This document shows, in pieces, positions 1 to 12,701 of a stretch of DNA of 64,000 nt (positions are counted from its first letter, which is position 1; each line of letters starts with the position of its first letter). Source of the DNA: Squalus acanthias (taxonomy: Eukaryota); NCBI GenBank assembly GCA_030390025.1, contig CM059432.1:33110001-33174000 (forward strand), written 5' to 3'. The notes below the pieces were generated by a model. It searched no databases, was not told where the DNA came from, and saw nothing but the letters and a program-made list of their open reading frames with translations. A program made the translations under genes and the position numbers.

Positions 1-397
1 GCTTCTTCCTCCCTGAAGAAGGGAAGAGCACCTCCTTATGAGCTCTTGCTCCATCTACCAGGGCTTGCAGGGCGACGTCCTCAAATCTTGGAGCAGACTT
101 AGGTTTGCTGGTGCACATGATGCCTCCAGGTCAATGTAGGAACAAAGGCCAGAAGGTTGGCAGTCTGCAAAGGAAGCAAGTCCTCTTGCAGACCTTAAAA
201 GCAGCAGCAATGATGATGTCATCGGAGGCGACTTTCAGACTGGAAAAGCTAATTGGGCCAGGGGTTCTCCACACAGGAACTCAATTGCCCAATCTCGGGA
301 AAATCGCGTTTGTAACACACATCGCATGAGAGTCGGGTGGATAACACGGAAATCGGATGACACAACGCCAGTCCGCCCCCATGGGAAAATCGAGCCC
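1..397. mobile_element. Right end of a PIF/Harbinger element (family A) including start of Myb/SANT-like exon 1; runs off window start
   Basis: 1-397 is homologous to 6182-6575; ends in gaaaatcgagccc, the reverse complement of the GGGCTCGATTTT TIR seen at 2333, followed by ttt. Confidence 0.85.
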
Positions 398-2332
398 TTT
401 GTGTTTAATGTACAAGGACCCCCAGATCCCTCTGTACTACAGCATTTTGTAGTCTCCATTTAAATAATTTTTTTTATTTTTCTTACCAAAGTGGATAACC
501 TCACATTTTCCCACATTATACTCCATCTGCCAAATTTTTGACCTCTCTCTTAACCTATCTATATCCCTTTGCAGATTCTTTGTGTCCTCTTCATAACTTG
601 CTTCACCACCTATCTTTTGTATCATCAAATTTGGCTACATTATACTCGGTCCCTTCATCCAAGTCATTAATATAGATTGTAAACAGCTAGAGGCCCCAGC
701 ACTGATCCCTGTGGCACCCCACTAATTATACTTTGCCAACCTGAAAATGACCCATTTATCCTGACTCTCTTTCCTGTTAGTTAGCCAATCCTCTATCCTT
801 GCTAATATATATTACCCCCAACCCCATGAGATCTTATCTTGTGCAGTAACCTTTTATGTGGCACCTTATCGAATGCCTTCTGGAAATCCAAATACATGAC
901 ATCTACTGGTTCCCCTTTATCCACCCTGCTTGTTACATCCTCAAAGAACTCCAGCAAATTTGTCAAACATTATTTCCCTTTCATAAAACCATGCTGACTC
1001 TGCTTGACTATATTCTGATTTTCTAAATGTCCTGCTATCACTTCCTTAATGATGATGGACTCCAGCATTTTCCCAATGACAGATGTTAGGCTAGGTCGAT
1101 GGTTACCTGCTTTCTGTGTCCCTCCTTTCTTAAATAGGGGTGTTACATTTGCGGTTTTCTAGTCCGCTGGGACCTCTCCAGAATCCAGGGATTTTGGTAG
1201 ATTACAACCAATGCATCCACTATCTCTGCAGCCACCTCTTTTAAGACTCTAGGATGCATGTCATTGGGCCCAGGGGACTTGTCCACCTTTAGTCCTATTA
1301 GTTTGCCTAGTACTTTCTCTCTAGTGATAGTGATTGTTTTAAGTTCCCATCCCGCCCCCCCCCCCCCCAAGCCCAATAGCCCCTTGATTATCTATTATTG
1401 GGATGCTTTTAGTGTCTACTACCGTGAAGACCGATACAAAATATTTGTTCAAGGTCTCTGCCATTTCCCTGTTTCCCATTATTAATTCCCCAGACTCATC
1501 CTCTAGGGGACCAATGTTTTCTTTCGCTACTCTCTTCCTTTTTATATACCTGTAGAAGCTCTTACTGTCTGTTTTTATATTTCTTGCTAGCTTACTCTCA
1601 TAAGCTATCTTCTCTCTTTTTTTTAGTCGTCCTTTGCTGGTTTTTAAAAAGTTACCAATCCTCTGGCCTTTCACTCTTCGTCGCAACATTGTATGCTTTT
1701 GTTTTCAATTTGATACCACCCTTTACTTCCTTAGTTAGCCACGGATGGTTCATCCTTCTCTTAGTCTTTCTTTCTCTCTGGAATATATCTTTGCTGAGTG
1801 TTATGAAATATCTCCTTAAATGTTTGCCACTGCTTTTCTACAGTCTTACCCTGTAATATATTTTCCCAGTCCACTTTAACCAAGTCTGCCTTCATACCTT
1901 TGTAATTACCTTTGTTTAAGTTCAGGACACTAGTTTGAGACCTAGCTTTCTCACCCTCAAACTGAATTTGAAATTCTGCCATGCTATGATCACTCTTCCC
2001 AAGAGGATCCTTCACTTTGAGATCATTAATTAATCCAGCCTCGTTACACATTACCAGATCTAAAATAGTCTTCTCCCTGGTTGGTTCCACAACATATTGT
2101 TCCAAGAAACCATCCCATATACACTCTAAGAACTCTTCCTCAAGTCTGCCAATTTGCTTTGTCCAATCAATATGAAGATTAAAATCTCCCATGATTATAG
2201 CCGTACCTTTCTTACAAGCCTCTTATTTATCGTCCTTCAGTGTGGCTACTGCTTTGGGGGTCTGTAGACCACTCCCACCAGTGACTTTTTTTTACCCTTA
2301 TTATTTCTTCTCTCCACTCAAACTGATTCTAT
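398..2332 (-). mobile_element. CR1 LINE ORF2 fragment (APE endonuclease to RT), degenerate
   Basis: Minus-strand pieces MGDFNLHIDW...PTREKTILDLV...SDH (endonuclease), KSPGPNDMHPRVLKE, WQMEYNVGKCEVIHFG (RT C-terminus); resumes at 6576 after the Harbinger insertion. Confidence 0.9.
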
Positions 2333-2851
2333 GGGCTCGATTTTGCTAAGCCCGAGGAGGCGGGAATGGAGGCGTGTGGGGAGTTAAAATAGCAAAAAAT
2401 GGCGGGCGACCACGGTCCCGCCTCCGAGCAATTTTCCAAAATTGGGGGTTTCCGATCCCGACTCCATCCCGCCTCCAAGAGGCGGGATAGGCCTTTAAGG
2501 CCCTTAACAGCCACTTAGGAGCCTCTAAAATGCCATTTTGACAGCCCTTTGTGAGTTTAACCCTGTTTCCACATGAAGCACGCGTCCTCTGAACCACGAC
2601 GGTGAAACCTGGCGGTTTCTCATTTGGATAGCTGACTTTCAGCTGTAGCTCCACCATTAAAAGGGAGTTTTGAGCAATCATCATTTGCAGGTGGCAGAAC
2701 TTTGTTGTCTCAAGTCTGGGGGAACTTTTATCAGCCATAAGCATTGGTGTGGAAGTTTGGAGCCTGACACCCATCTCCAGTGTGACCTCCTGGGAAACCC
2801 CTCTCGCCACCTTCACTGAGCACTTCCTCAATTGAGGCATATACCAGAAGC

Positions 2852-4069
2852 ATGGGTACCATTACTTTCCTTTCCTCCTAGACATCAGATGAGGACGAGG
2901 AGCAGCCGCGGCAGCAGCCGAACCCTGAACAGCAACAGCAGCAGCTCCAAGCTGCTGCTCACCCACCTGAAGCTGCACAGGCCAGAGGGCGCCAGTGCTT
3001 GGAAGCACGACGGCGCAGGAGATACCCCCCAAACAGGGTGTACAGACAGAGGATCAGCTACCTCAGCATGACTGAACAGCAGTGCCAAAGGCGGCTCCGA
3101 CTTTCGCAGGAAGCAGTGGGTGACATATGCGCAATGGTCCAGGAAGACCTGCAGCCCAGAGGAGCAGGTGGACACCCCTTACCAGTGGCCGTCAAGGTCA
3201 CCACCACACTCAACTTATTTGCCACAGGCTCAGTCCAGGGATCAGCTGCAGACATCAGCGGCATTTCGCAGGCGGGCGCACACACCTGCATCATGCAGGT
3301 AACCGATGCCATCTTTGCCCTCACTCACAATCACATCCATTTCTCCAAGGATCGACCAAGTGTCAGGGCGCGTGCAGTTGGATTTGCTCATCTGGCAGAC
3401 TTTCCAAGGGTGCAGGGCGTCGTTGACTGCACACATGTGGCCCTTAAGGCACCCCATCGCAATCCAGGTATTTTTGTCAACCGCAAGTGCTTCCACTCCC
3501 TCAACGTTCAGCTGGTGTGTGACCACAAGAAGGAAATTTTGCATGTTTGTGCCAAGTACCCTGGCAGTTGCCATGACTCCTTCATCCTGCACCAGTCTAG
3601 TGTGCCTCCGCTCTTCAGTCCGCCAGACCAACTTTTCGGATGGCTACTTGGAGACAAGGGCTATCCCCTGAAGACGTGGCTAATGACTCCGTTGAGGAGC
3701 CCATCCAATGAGGCTGAGGAGCGCTACAACTCCAGCCACATTTCCACCAGATCCATAATCGAGCAAACCATCGGTTTGCTGAAGATGCGCTTCAGATGCC
3801 TGGATAGATCAGGTGGAGCCCTGCAGTACTCAGCAGCCAGGGTCTCCAGAATCGTCGTGGCTTGCTGTGCACTTCACAACATGGCACAGCATCGTGACCT
3901 GCAGATGCCTGAGGACCAAGTGGCTCCTCACATATCCTCCTCAGATGACGAGGAGGAGGAGGGCGACAACGGTCATCCTGCAGAGGCGCATCAACCAGTG
4001 GCAGGAGTACGCGAGCACATTGCTGCCCGGGATGCAAGGAATGCACTCATCCTGGCCAGATTTGCTTAG
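2852..4069 (+). pseudogene. Harbinger DDE transposase (HARBI1-like) with one early nonsense codon
   Basis: Catalytic motifs [24 protein letters not shown] plus CCALHN; ATG at 2852 is in frame but codon 10 is TAG (2879-2881) where sister copies have TGG; open from 2882 to 4069. Confidence 0.9.
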
Positions 4070-4339
4070 CCTAGCCAATCAAGCATTTCGGACTCGCAGC
4101 TTCTTACCAGAGCTTCGACAATGGCCAAGAACCAATGGATTCCTAGCACTCTGAGCACTATACTGACAAGTGCAAGTCATCCTAAGCCCTCAATGTGGAA
4201 GTCCCATCAGCGATATGACAAACGCTACAAGGGCACCAGTTGCCATCTGATTTTTTTATTTACATGAAACGACAGATGGCTTGTCCACAATAAACATAAC
4301 ATTTTACCCAAGTGACTACCCTTGTGACTATTTCTGCAG

Positions 4340-6296
4340 TATCTTTCTCTTACGCGTGCTCCGACGTGATGGTTCCCCTGTGGCTTCAGCAGATGTGGAG
4401 GCCCCTTGCTCACTTTCTTGCTGCTCCTGTCTCGACTCCTTTGGCGGGTGTCCTCTGGGGTTGCGAACCTGTGAGGGCTCGGCAACAGTCTGCTGCTGAG
4501 CAGGGGATGAGATGCCGATCTCAGTTGGTGTGGACTCTGATGGGGCTCTGACCGAGGACTTTGCAGTGGCATGGTCATGTGGGCGCTTGGAGAGGAGCCC
4601 CCACTTCCTTGTTCTCTGCCACCAACATCCCTCTCATGGGTCAGCCCCACTTCAGAGCTAGCAAGTGGCTTGACAGCACCTTGCTGCACTTCAGGGGGGC
4701 CATTAGGACCCGTTTCTGTACTGGAAGTCCTACTGGCGAGGACTTGCCTGAAGGTCTGGTTTGATTGCTCAGTAGCTGACCATCGCTCCTCGAGATGTCA
4801 TTCTATTCTGAGCAAATACCATGGTTTCCATACCCTGGCGACTAAGCTCCTCCATGGACGTAGCCAACCTCTCCTCTACCGTTGCCATCCTCTCCTCAAC
4901 GGTAGTCAGCCTTACCATGGAGGTAGACATCCTTTCCATGTAGGTTGCCATCCTTTCCGTGGTGATGCGCTCATGCGCCAAAGTCTCCACAAAGGCTCTG
5001 CTCATGCTAGCAAGGGACTCCTCCATTCACGCCACACTTGCAGCGACCCTGGAGACAAAACCTGCCAGAGACTCCTGCACCTCTTCCTGGAGTTCCAGCA
5101 CCGCTCTTCTGGATGGACCCAGAGGCAGAGGGTCGACATGCAGCTGAGCCGAGCTGGGAGAGTCCTGCGCCCTCCGACTAGCACTCTCCACTGCTGTCCC
5201 TGTCTCCACTATCTGCTGATGCTCACTTGTGAGCTGTGATACACCAGGTGACAACACTACTCTATGTCTCGAGGGTCCCACCGAGGTGTGAGTGTCTGCG
5301 CTGTTGCTGGGTGGGCTGAATTCTGCTGACGCTGCGCCCTCCTCTGAGGAGTCTGGAGGTTCCGGATGTTCCTCCTCGAGTGGGGACGAGGTGCTTGCGA
5401 TGGTCCTGTGGGGGAGTAAAGGAAAGAGTCAGAGATGTGAGGCCAAGGTTACATGCACATTGAATATTGCAGATGATCATAAGTCCATCTGTTAGAGCAT
5501 CAGATTCATTATCAGCGACTCATGCAATGTCAATGAGAGAGATGAAAAACTCTTCTGTCACCAGCTTGCTCTGATGCACCCGTCTGTCCGTCCCCCACTT
5601 GTGCATCATCCTCGACCCCGACTATCTGCAGGGCCGCCTCCTCCCAAGTCGTGAGCTGAGCTATGGAGGGTGGCCCTCCTCCTGTCCTCGCTCCTTTCCT
5701 TTTATTGTGGGCTCTCTTTTCCTGCAATGAGGGAGACGAGTGGAGTTTGAGTGAGAATGAAGGAGTGAGTGTAGAGAATCCATAGCATAGATGCTTAGAA
5801 GGAGACAAAGATGGAGTGAGGTGGCAAGACCAAGGGCCCTCCCTGTGCGTTGTAAGTTGTTGTCATAGCAACACAGTGATAGAAAGTGAGAGGGCTGCAT
5901 AGTCGAATAGTTAGGTGAATGTGAACATACAGAGAGAGGGAATGGGTAAGGGGGCAGGGATGTCTGTCAAGTGGGATGTGGAGGAAGAGGTTGTCAAAGC
6001 TGAGTGCTGGAGAGGAGAGGCAATGGGGATGAATTTGAGGGTGATGGGAAAGTCATACTCACTTTTCCAGTGCGTATAAGGTCATGGAACCTCTTCCTAC
6101 ACTGAAGCCAGGGTATCTGCGCCAAGGAGGACACCTCCTGGGCCACTTGAAGCCACACAGCCTTTGTCTGTTGGGGAGGCGGCTTCTTCCCCGAGGAAGG
6201 GAAGAGCACCTCTTTGTTAGCTCCTGCTCCCTCTATCAAAGCTTGCAGGGCGACGTCCTCGAATCTCGGGGCAGACTTAGGTCTGCTGAAACTCAT
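4340..6296 (-). pseudogene. Harbinger ORF2, Myb/SANT-like DNA-binding protein, 3 exons (6296-6063, 5721-5562, 5405-~4340), frameshifted in exon 3
   Basis: PRFEDVALQALIE...W..VA.EV...WLQCRKRFHDL Myb/SANT-like pattern; donor gtgagt, acceptor ttgcag, exon 2 EKRAHNKR...TGGGPP, donor gtgaca, acceptor cacag; coiled-coil-like exon 3. Confidence 0.8.
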
Positions 6297-6939
6297 TTTG
6301 CTACTACTTTCGTGTGGTTGCTAATACAGAAAGCTTGGCAGTCTGCAGAAGAAGCAAGGTTTCTTGCAGACCTTAAATGCAGCAGCAATGATGATGTCAT
6401 CGGACCTGACTTTCAGACTGGAAAAACTAATTGGGCCAGGGTTCCCACACGCAGGAAATCAATTGCCCAATTAGGGGAAAATTCATTCTTATCCCCACAT
6501 CCAATTGGAGTCGGGTGGAGACCACGATTTCCACCTGACACGACCCCAACCCGACCCATTGACAAAATCCAGCCCTATGTCTTGATCTTCTAGGTCATTA
6601 TAGGCTATTATACCCTGGGTAGGAGAGAAGCTGGTCACTACTGCAAAACCCAAAGGATTCTCAGTCTGGTTGCCAACCATTGAGAAGGTTATCTTTGCTC
6701 TGGCAAGGAGGGCATTGATGCCTTGCTTGCTGCAGTGGTGTACTAGTGTCCCTCATAGTAGCCTGAGGTGAAAAAAGCTAAAGGTGGTGTAAGTGGTGAC
6801 TTGGACGATTACTGGCAAAGCATAGTTTCCATTTTTCATCATTTAAATAAATGTTCCTGAGCTGTATAGGGACCTGCAGCGAAGGCCCAGAAGTCATGTA
6901 CATCGATTTAGGGTGGAAAATTGGCTTCTGTCCCACATT

Positions 6940-8484
6940 TTTCAACGACCTCACTCGGGTTGTCAGGGTGAGTGGCTTTTTTTCAATAGCTCTCCATCCC
7001 TCCATCTCAACCTCACTCTATGGCCAGAGGGTCTTAAAACCCCAATGCACAACACTCATCCAACACCTATGGCCCCCTCATAAAACACACATGCACATTC
7101 CACACCTTGCATACAGTGAGGGCTATTCAACTATGGGAGGCACACCAGGCAAGACCATGGCTGTATATTTACTCAGACGCCGTCCTTTTTCTTGCAGGCC
7201 AAGCTATCTCATAACAGGAGACAGCAGCAACGGACGGGTGGAGGGCGGCCTCAGCTGCAACCCCTCAGCGATCTTGAGGCGCACAGCCACAGGATTGTGG
7301 CAAGCCGGGTGATCGGTCCCGTCTCCCTTGGAGAGGTCGACCCCGTTCGGGACAGCAATGGTAAGGTCATCAGCTTTCTCTCTTCTCTCATTCCACTTGT
7401 CCCTCAACACCAGCCTTTGACACTTTCAATCCAATTTACTAAATCGCTCCACTCCTTCCTCCCTTCCTGCCCCCCTGTCCTCACACTAAAGCCACTCTTG
7501 TACCTCCCTGCTTTCAGATGGTGATTCACCAGCTGAGGAGATGGGCCCTCAAGCTGCCAATGGGAGCGAGGCAGCAGGCGAAGAGGAAGTCGGAGCCTCA
7601 GCGCCACCCTCTCCCGAGGAAGCCCATGCCCACACTGGGGCCACGTCTTCCCTGGAGGGGAGCGGGGGGGAAGGGTCTGATGAGGGTAAAGCTCCGGGTT
7701 CCAGCGGGCTGCAGCAACGCGATGGGGGTAGGGAAGCTCAGGGGCCTTCTGCCCGGAGGGAGAGTAGGCCAGCGAGTCCTGCTGCACTGGATGCAGAGGA
7801 GGAGTGGCTCATCGCTGAAATGAACACCCAGGCGGTGGACATGCACACTCAGCTCATGGGTGCAGTGGGAAGGGTGCCCGAAAGCATTGATGCACTGGCA
7901 AGGAGTGTGGAGCACTACGCTGTTGCACAGGTGGATGCCACGCAAATGCTTAGTGCTACAATTCAGTCACTGGCTGCCGTGATCACATCTCCGACTGCTC
8001 TCATGCAGTCTCAGATTGAGGCCACACAAGCACTGACTGCTGCCATTGTCGCTGGTTCGGACACATTTCCCCGGGGCTCTCACTGCGCCGCAGCAGGCCA
8101 GCAATCTGTGCTCCAGCAGATTGCTCCGGATGCTGAGGTGCTGCCCTGTGGGAGTGCCAGTGTCGGTCGAGCAGGGAGGTGCTGTCCTCTCAAGATGACA
8201 GCATTCCTGCTGCCACCCCTATCACTTCCCCACTTCACTTGCCACCGCCTGTAGTCCAGACTGCTGCTGCGCATGCAGAGTTGGTGCAGTCTGCAGCCGG
8301 GTCCTCCAGGCCTAGAGCTGGTCGAGGTCATCCTTCAAGAGCATCTGCAGTCTCAGGTTCAGACAATCAGCAGCCTTCCGCCAGCCTTGCTGCAGCCACT
8401 GGGGCCCCATTACGGAGGAGCAGTAGGGTGGGAAGGGGGGAAGTGCGCAAGGGAAGGAGATCACCCTCGAAGGGAAAAAAGTAG
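6940..8484 (+). pseudogene. Harbinger B Myb/SANT-like gene remnant (end of exon 1, exons 2-3)
   Basis: FNDLTRVVR|gtgagt, AKLSHNRRQQQRTGGGRPQL, ends RKGRRSPSKGKK* as in the copy at 27188-29293; frameshift near 8170. Confidence 0.8.
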
Positions 8485-8607
8485 GAGGTCTGACTAAATG
8501 TTGGGAATGTTTTTATTAAAGGCTGAGGTTCGTGTAATAACTTTTGTTTAGTGTTTTGGTCATTATCTCCAGGTTGAGAGAACCAGTTATGTTAATTAAT
8601 GACGTTT

Positions 8608-8844
8608 TGTTGAGGCTGCCGCGAAACACGAATTAAAGCTGAATCCATGTGTGGAAAAAGAGAGACTTTAATGCAACTGCATGGTCCAAAAATGGCTGAA
8701 CACTGCTCCCAGAATTCTCTGGAAAAACCTGAGGCCCCGCCCACTCCTGCCTTAAAGGTAAGGTGCCTTAAAGGGAAGGTGCATCGAATTATTGTCCACG
8801 GACGGAAAAGTGGATAATGCCCATTTAGGTGGCGATCCGCCACA
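8608..8844 (-). repeat. 3' LTR of Gypsy element 1
   Basis: Direct repeat of 12702-12923 with 3 substitutions, a 1-bp indel and a 16-bp duplication. Confidence 0.95.
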
Positions 8845-8864
8845 CAGCTCCCCCCAGAATCTGC

Positions 8865-11800
8865 TTAGGAGGTGTGGACGAGACGGTGCGGCGGTCTGAT
8901 GGGCCGGCCGGAGCGGCTCTTGTCGGACGCCGGTGGACGTGGAACGGCCGGGCGTGGAGCAGCCGGGTGAACTGGCTTGAGGGCAGGTCGGCCGTGTGGA
9001 GGTGGACGAGCTACAGGGACCTGCTCACCGGGCTCCGAGTGTGCTGGTTTGAGTCGGTCATCCGACACTTTTTCGGTCCTGTCGCCCACTTGCAGGGTGA
9101 AAAATTTGTCCCCAGCCTGTAGCACCTTGTAGGGCCCGTCGTACGGGGGTTGAAGGGGTCCGCGGTGGGCGTCGTGCCGGACGAAAACGAACCGTGCCTG
9201 GTGCAGGCTTAGTGGGACATGTGAGGTGGATTCGCCGTGTCGGGCAATGGGCACCGGGGCAAACTACAGCACCGGTGAGGCGAAGTCGTGGCGTTGCTGG
9301 TCGACTGACCAGGGTGTCGTGGCGGTGGGCAGGAACTCGCCGGGTACGCGCAGCGGCTGACCGTACACGAGCTCTGCTGCCGATGCGTGGAGGTCTTCTT
9401 TAACCGCGGTGCGCAGGCCGAGGAGGACCCACGGAAGTCGGTCGGTCCAGGCGCCGCCTTGGAGGCTGGCTCGAAGAGATGCCTTCAAGGATCTGTGGAA
9501 CCACTCACAGTCTGCTGGCTTGGGGGTGGTACGCTGTGGTGCGGTGAATGGTCACCCCGCGATTGCGTGCGACGGCGGTCCAGAGTTCAGAGGTAAATTG
9601 CGGACCTCTGTCCGACGTCATGTCGGAGGAGACGCCGAACCGTGCGACCCAGGTGCTGACTAAGGCTCTGGCGATGTCGGCGGTGGTAGTAGAGGTCAGT
9701 GGAATTGCCTCAGGCCAGCGTGTGGTGCGGTCAACGATGGTCAGCAAGTGCGTGTGGCCTTGCGACGGCGGCAGGGGACCGACGATGTCCACGTGGATGT
9801 GGTCGAATCTCCGCGAGGGGATGGTAAACTCCTCGAGGGGTGCTTTCGTGTGTTGCTGTACCTTGGCCCGTTGGCAGGCTAGGCAGGAGTTGGCCCAAGT
9901 ACGCACATCCTTGCGAAGGCCGCGCCAGACGAAGCGGTTGGCTACCAATTTGATGGATGCGCGGGCGCCGGGGTGGGAGAGGTTGTGGAGAATGTTGAAT
10001 ACCCGGCGGCGCTGGGACGATGGGCCGAGGTTGACATAGGGATATGTCTGTCACACTTGACCGTGACTGCAGTCGGGCCACAGGCGACGTCTGCCAGGCG
10101 TAGCCCTGGTACGTTGGTGGGTGCGGAGAGCAGATCAGGGTCGGTGATCTGGTCTGCTGCGAGTTGAGCGTAGTCGACTGCTAGGTGTGCGGCGTGGATG
10201 GCGGGGCGGGAGAGGCAGTCGGCTACCACATTGTCTCGGCCGGAGACGTGTTGGATGTCTGTGGTGAACTCTGACACTGCCGCGAGCTGGCGCTGCTGCC
10301 TGGCGGACCAGGGGTCGGTTGTCTTTGCCATTGCGAATGTCAGGGGCTTGTGGTCGACAAACGCCGTGAAGGGGTGGCCCTCAAGCAAAAACCGGAAATG
10401 GCGGACCGCCAGGAACAGCGCGAGGAGCTCGCGGTCGAAGGTGCTGTACTTGACCTCCGGGGGGCGTAGTTGGCGGCTGAAGAAGGCAAGTGGTTGCCAG
10501 GCGCCGTCGACCCACTGCTCATACACGGCGCCGACCGCGTGGTCGGAGGCGTCCGTGGTGAGCGCTACCCTGGCATTGGGCCGTGGGTGCGCGAGCAGGG
10601 TGGCGTTGGCGAGCGCGGTCTTGGTGGAGTCGAAGGCGGCGGACGCGTCTGCCGTCCATTCGACCGCCATCTTGCCGCTCCTGCCCCGGAGGGCTTCATA
10701 CAGGGGCCTCATGAGGGACGCCGCTTTGGGGATGAAGCGGTTATAGAAATTCACCATCCCGAGGAACTCCTGGAGGCCTTTGGTGGTGGGGCGGGGAAAT
10801 TGTTGGACGGCCTGCACCTTGGTGGGCAGGGGAATGGCCCCAGCATGGGTGATGTGGTGGCCGAGGAAGTCGATCTTGTCCAGGCCGAACTGGCATTTGG
10901 CTGGGCTGAGGAGCCCGTGGTCGCTGAGGCGCCCGAACAGGATGCGAAGGTGTTCGAGGTGTTCCTGCAAGAGGAACTGGCTACCAGGATGTCGTCCAGG
11001 TAGATGAACAGGAACTTCAGGTCCCGAAGGACCGAGTCCATGAGCCGTTGGAATACCTGGGCCGCGTTTTTGAGGCCGAAGGGCATCCGCAGGAACTCGA
11101 ACAGGCCGAAGGGGGTGATTACGGCCGTCTTGGGGACGTCCGCGGGGTGGACGGGGACTTGGTGGTAGCCGCGCACCAGGTCGACCTTGGAAAAGACTGA
11201 GCGGCCGGCCAGTCTAGCCGAGAAGTCCTGAATGTGCGGCACGGGGTACCGATCAGGGGTGGTGGCGTCGTTGAGGCGGCGGTAATCCCCGCAGGGGCGC
11301 CAACCCCCACCTGGTTTGGTGCGATGTGGAGTGGGGAGGCCCAGGGACTGTTGGAGCGGCGGATGATGCCGAGCTGTTCCATGGTGGCAAACTCGGTCCG
11401 CGCGATCTCCAGTTTGGTCGGGTCCAGCCTGCGGGCGTGGGCGTACACTGGGGGGCCTGTGGTGGGGATGAAGTGTTCCACTCCATGTTTGGCGGCCTCC
11501 GCGGAGAAGGTCGGATTGGTAAGGGCCGGGAATTCGGCCAGGAGTGCTGAGTAGTCATCCGTGGCCCGGGCGTGGCACTGTGACGCCATGTCGGCGGGTT
11601 GACGGGGGGCCATGGCGCCCAGGATGGGGGACATGGTGTTCATGTCCACGAGGCGGTGACGAGGGATGTCTACCAGTAGGCCGTGGGCGCACAGGAAATC
11701 TGCGCCGATGAGAGGGGAGAGCACCTTGGCAGTGATGAACTCCCATCGGTAGCGGTGACCAGCGAGGCCGCGGGTGACTGTCCGGGTGCCATAGGTCCGG

Positions 11801-12661
11801 ATTTCTGAGCCATTAGCAGCAGCCAGCGCCGGTCCTTGTTCGCCCTTTTGGATGTCGAAGGAGGAGGCCGGGATGATGCTGTGCTGAGCCCCAGTGTCGC
11901 ACAGGAGCCGGTGGCCGGTTTTGTCATCCGTGACGAACAGCAGGGAGCCCGCGTGGCCCACGGCCATCGCGGGGGCTGGTACGAGGGCGGACTTGAAAGA
12001 GCAGGGAGGTGTGCACCGTTGTGCCCTGGCGCCGAACCGTGCATGGTAGTAACACTGGCCCGCGTGAGTGGGGCGTGAAGGCCCCGTGGGCCTGGTGGCA
12101 GGCCCTTGTGGTCGCATGCTGGCTGGTGAGGGACGCGCCCAGGCATTGGCTGCCAGGTCCGGAGTGACGTCACGGCTGGAGTGAGCGGACAGCAGCTTGT
12201 TGGCCTCATCGGCCAGGGCTTCCAGGTTCGTGAGGCCGGACGCCACGATCGCTGGGCGGATGCTGAGAGGGAGCTGGCGGATGAACAGCGTGCGGAAGAG
12301 GGATCCGGGTGGGCTCTCGTCGGTGAGGGAGAGCATGTGGGAGAGGAGGTCTGACTGAGGCATCACCGAGGCCTGGAAGGTCGAGGAGGTGGCAGTTTCG
12401 CTGATATGCCGAGGCCGTAAACTTTTTAAGGAGCGCTGTCTTGAGTTGTGCGTACTTGCCTTCCTCTGGTGGGTTCTGCAGCGTTGTCCAAACCTTTGAA
12501 ACTGTGGCGCTACCGAGTGATGTGACGAGATAGTCGTACTTCGTCCCATCTGTGGTAATGCGTTGCAGCCGGAAGCGCGATTCAGCTTGGAGAAACCAGG
12601 CTTCGGGCTGGTTTTCCCAAAACTCCGGCAGTTTCACAGAAACTACGTTCGTGTCAGCCAT
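8865..12661 (-). pseudogene. gag-pol polyprotein of Gypsy element 1 (several frameshifts)
   Basis: gag KLPEFW..QPEAWFLQAE; CYYHARFGARAQRCTPPC; protease LCDTGA; RT MPFGLKNA...YLDDIL; RNase H TTDASD...DRELLA...VADCLSR; integrase HVDIVGP...TSDRGPQF; GPY/F motif YDGPYKV. Confidence 0.93.
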
Positions 12662-12686
12662 TGCAGTGCTCGGAATACGTTCTGAG

Positions 12687-12700
12687 CGTCGGAGTCACCA
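12687..12700 (-). promoter_or_regulatory. Primer-binding site complementary to tRNA-Trp
   Basis: Minus strand TGGTGACTCCGACG, 1 nt after the 5' LTR; 1 mismatch to the canonical tRNA-Trp PBS TGGTGACCCCGACG. Confidence 0.85.
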
Positions 12701-12701
12701 A

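Larger units (their letters stand above)
2333..6575. mobile_element. Full-length PIF/Harbinger DNA transposon (family A) inserted in CR1
   Basis: TIRs GGGCTCGATTTTG (2333) and CAAAATCCAGCCC (ends 6575), 12/13 match; TSD TAT on both sides; flanks rejoin as CR1 (aactgattc-TAT-gtcttgatc); two convergent genes. Confidence 0.95.

Noticed and set aside
2999..4069. Possible domesticated host HARBI1 gene
   Set aside because: Flanked by TIRs and TSD, paired with a Myb-like gene and present as multiple related copies; it is a transposon gene
6911..6940. gggtggaaaatt as left TIR of the degenerate Harbinger B copy
   Set aside because: Imperfect TIR match, putative TSDs disagree (tta versus cta) and the flanks do not rejoin
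9194..12209. Many long plus-strand and alternative-frame ORFs over Gypsy element 1
   Set aside because: Shadow ORFs caused by high GC content opposite gag-pol; no recognisable domains
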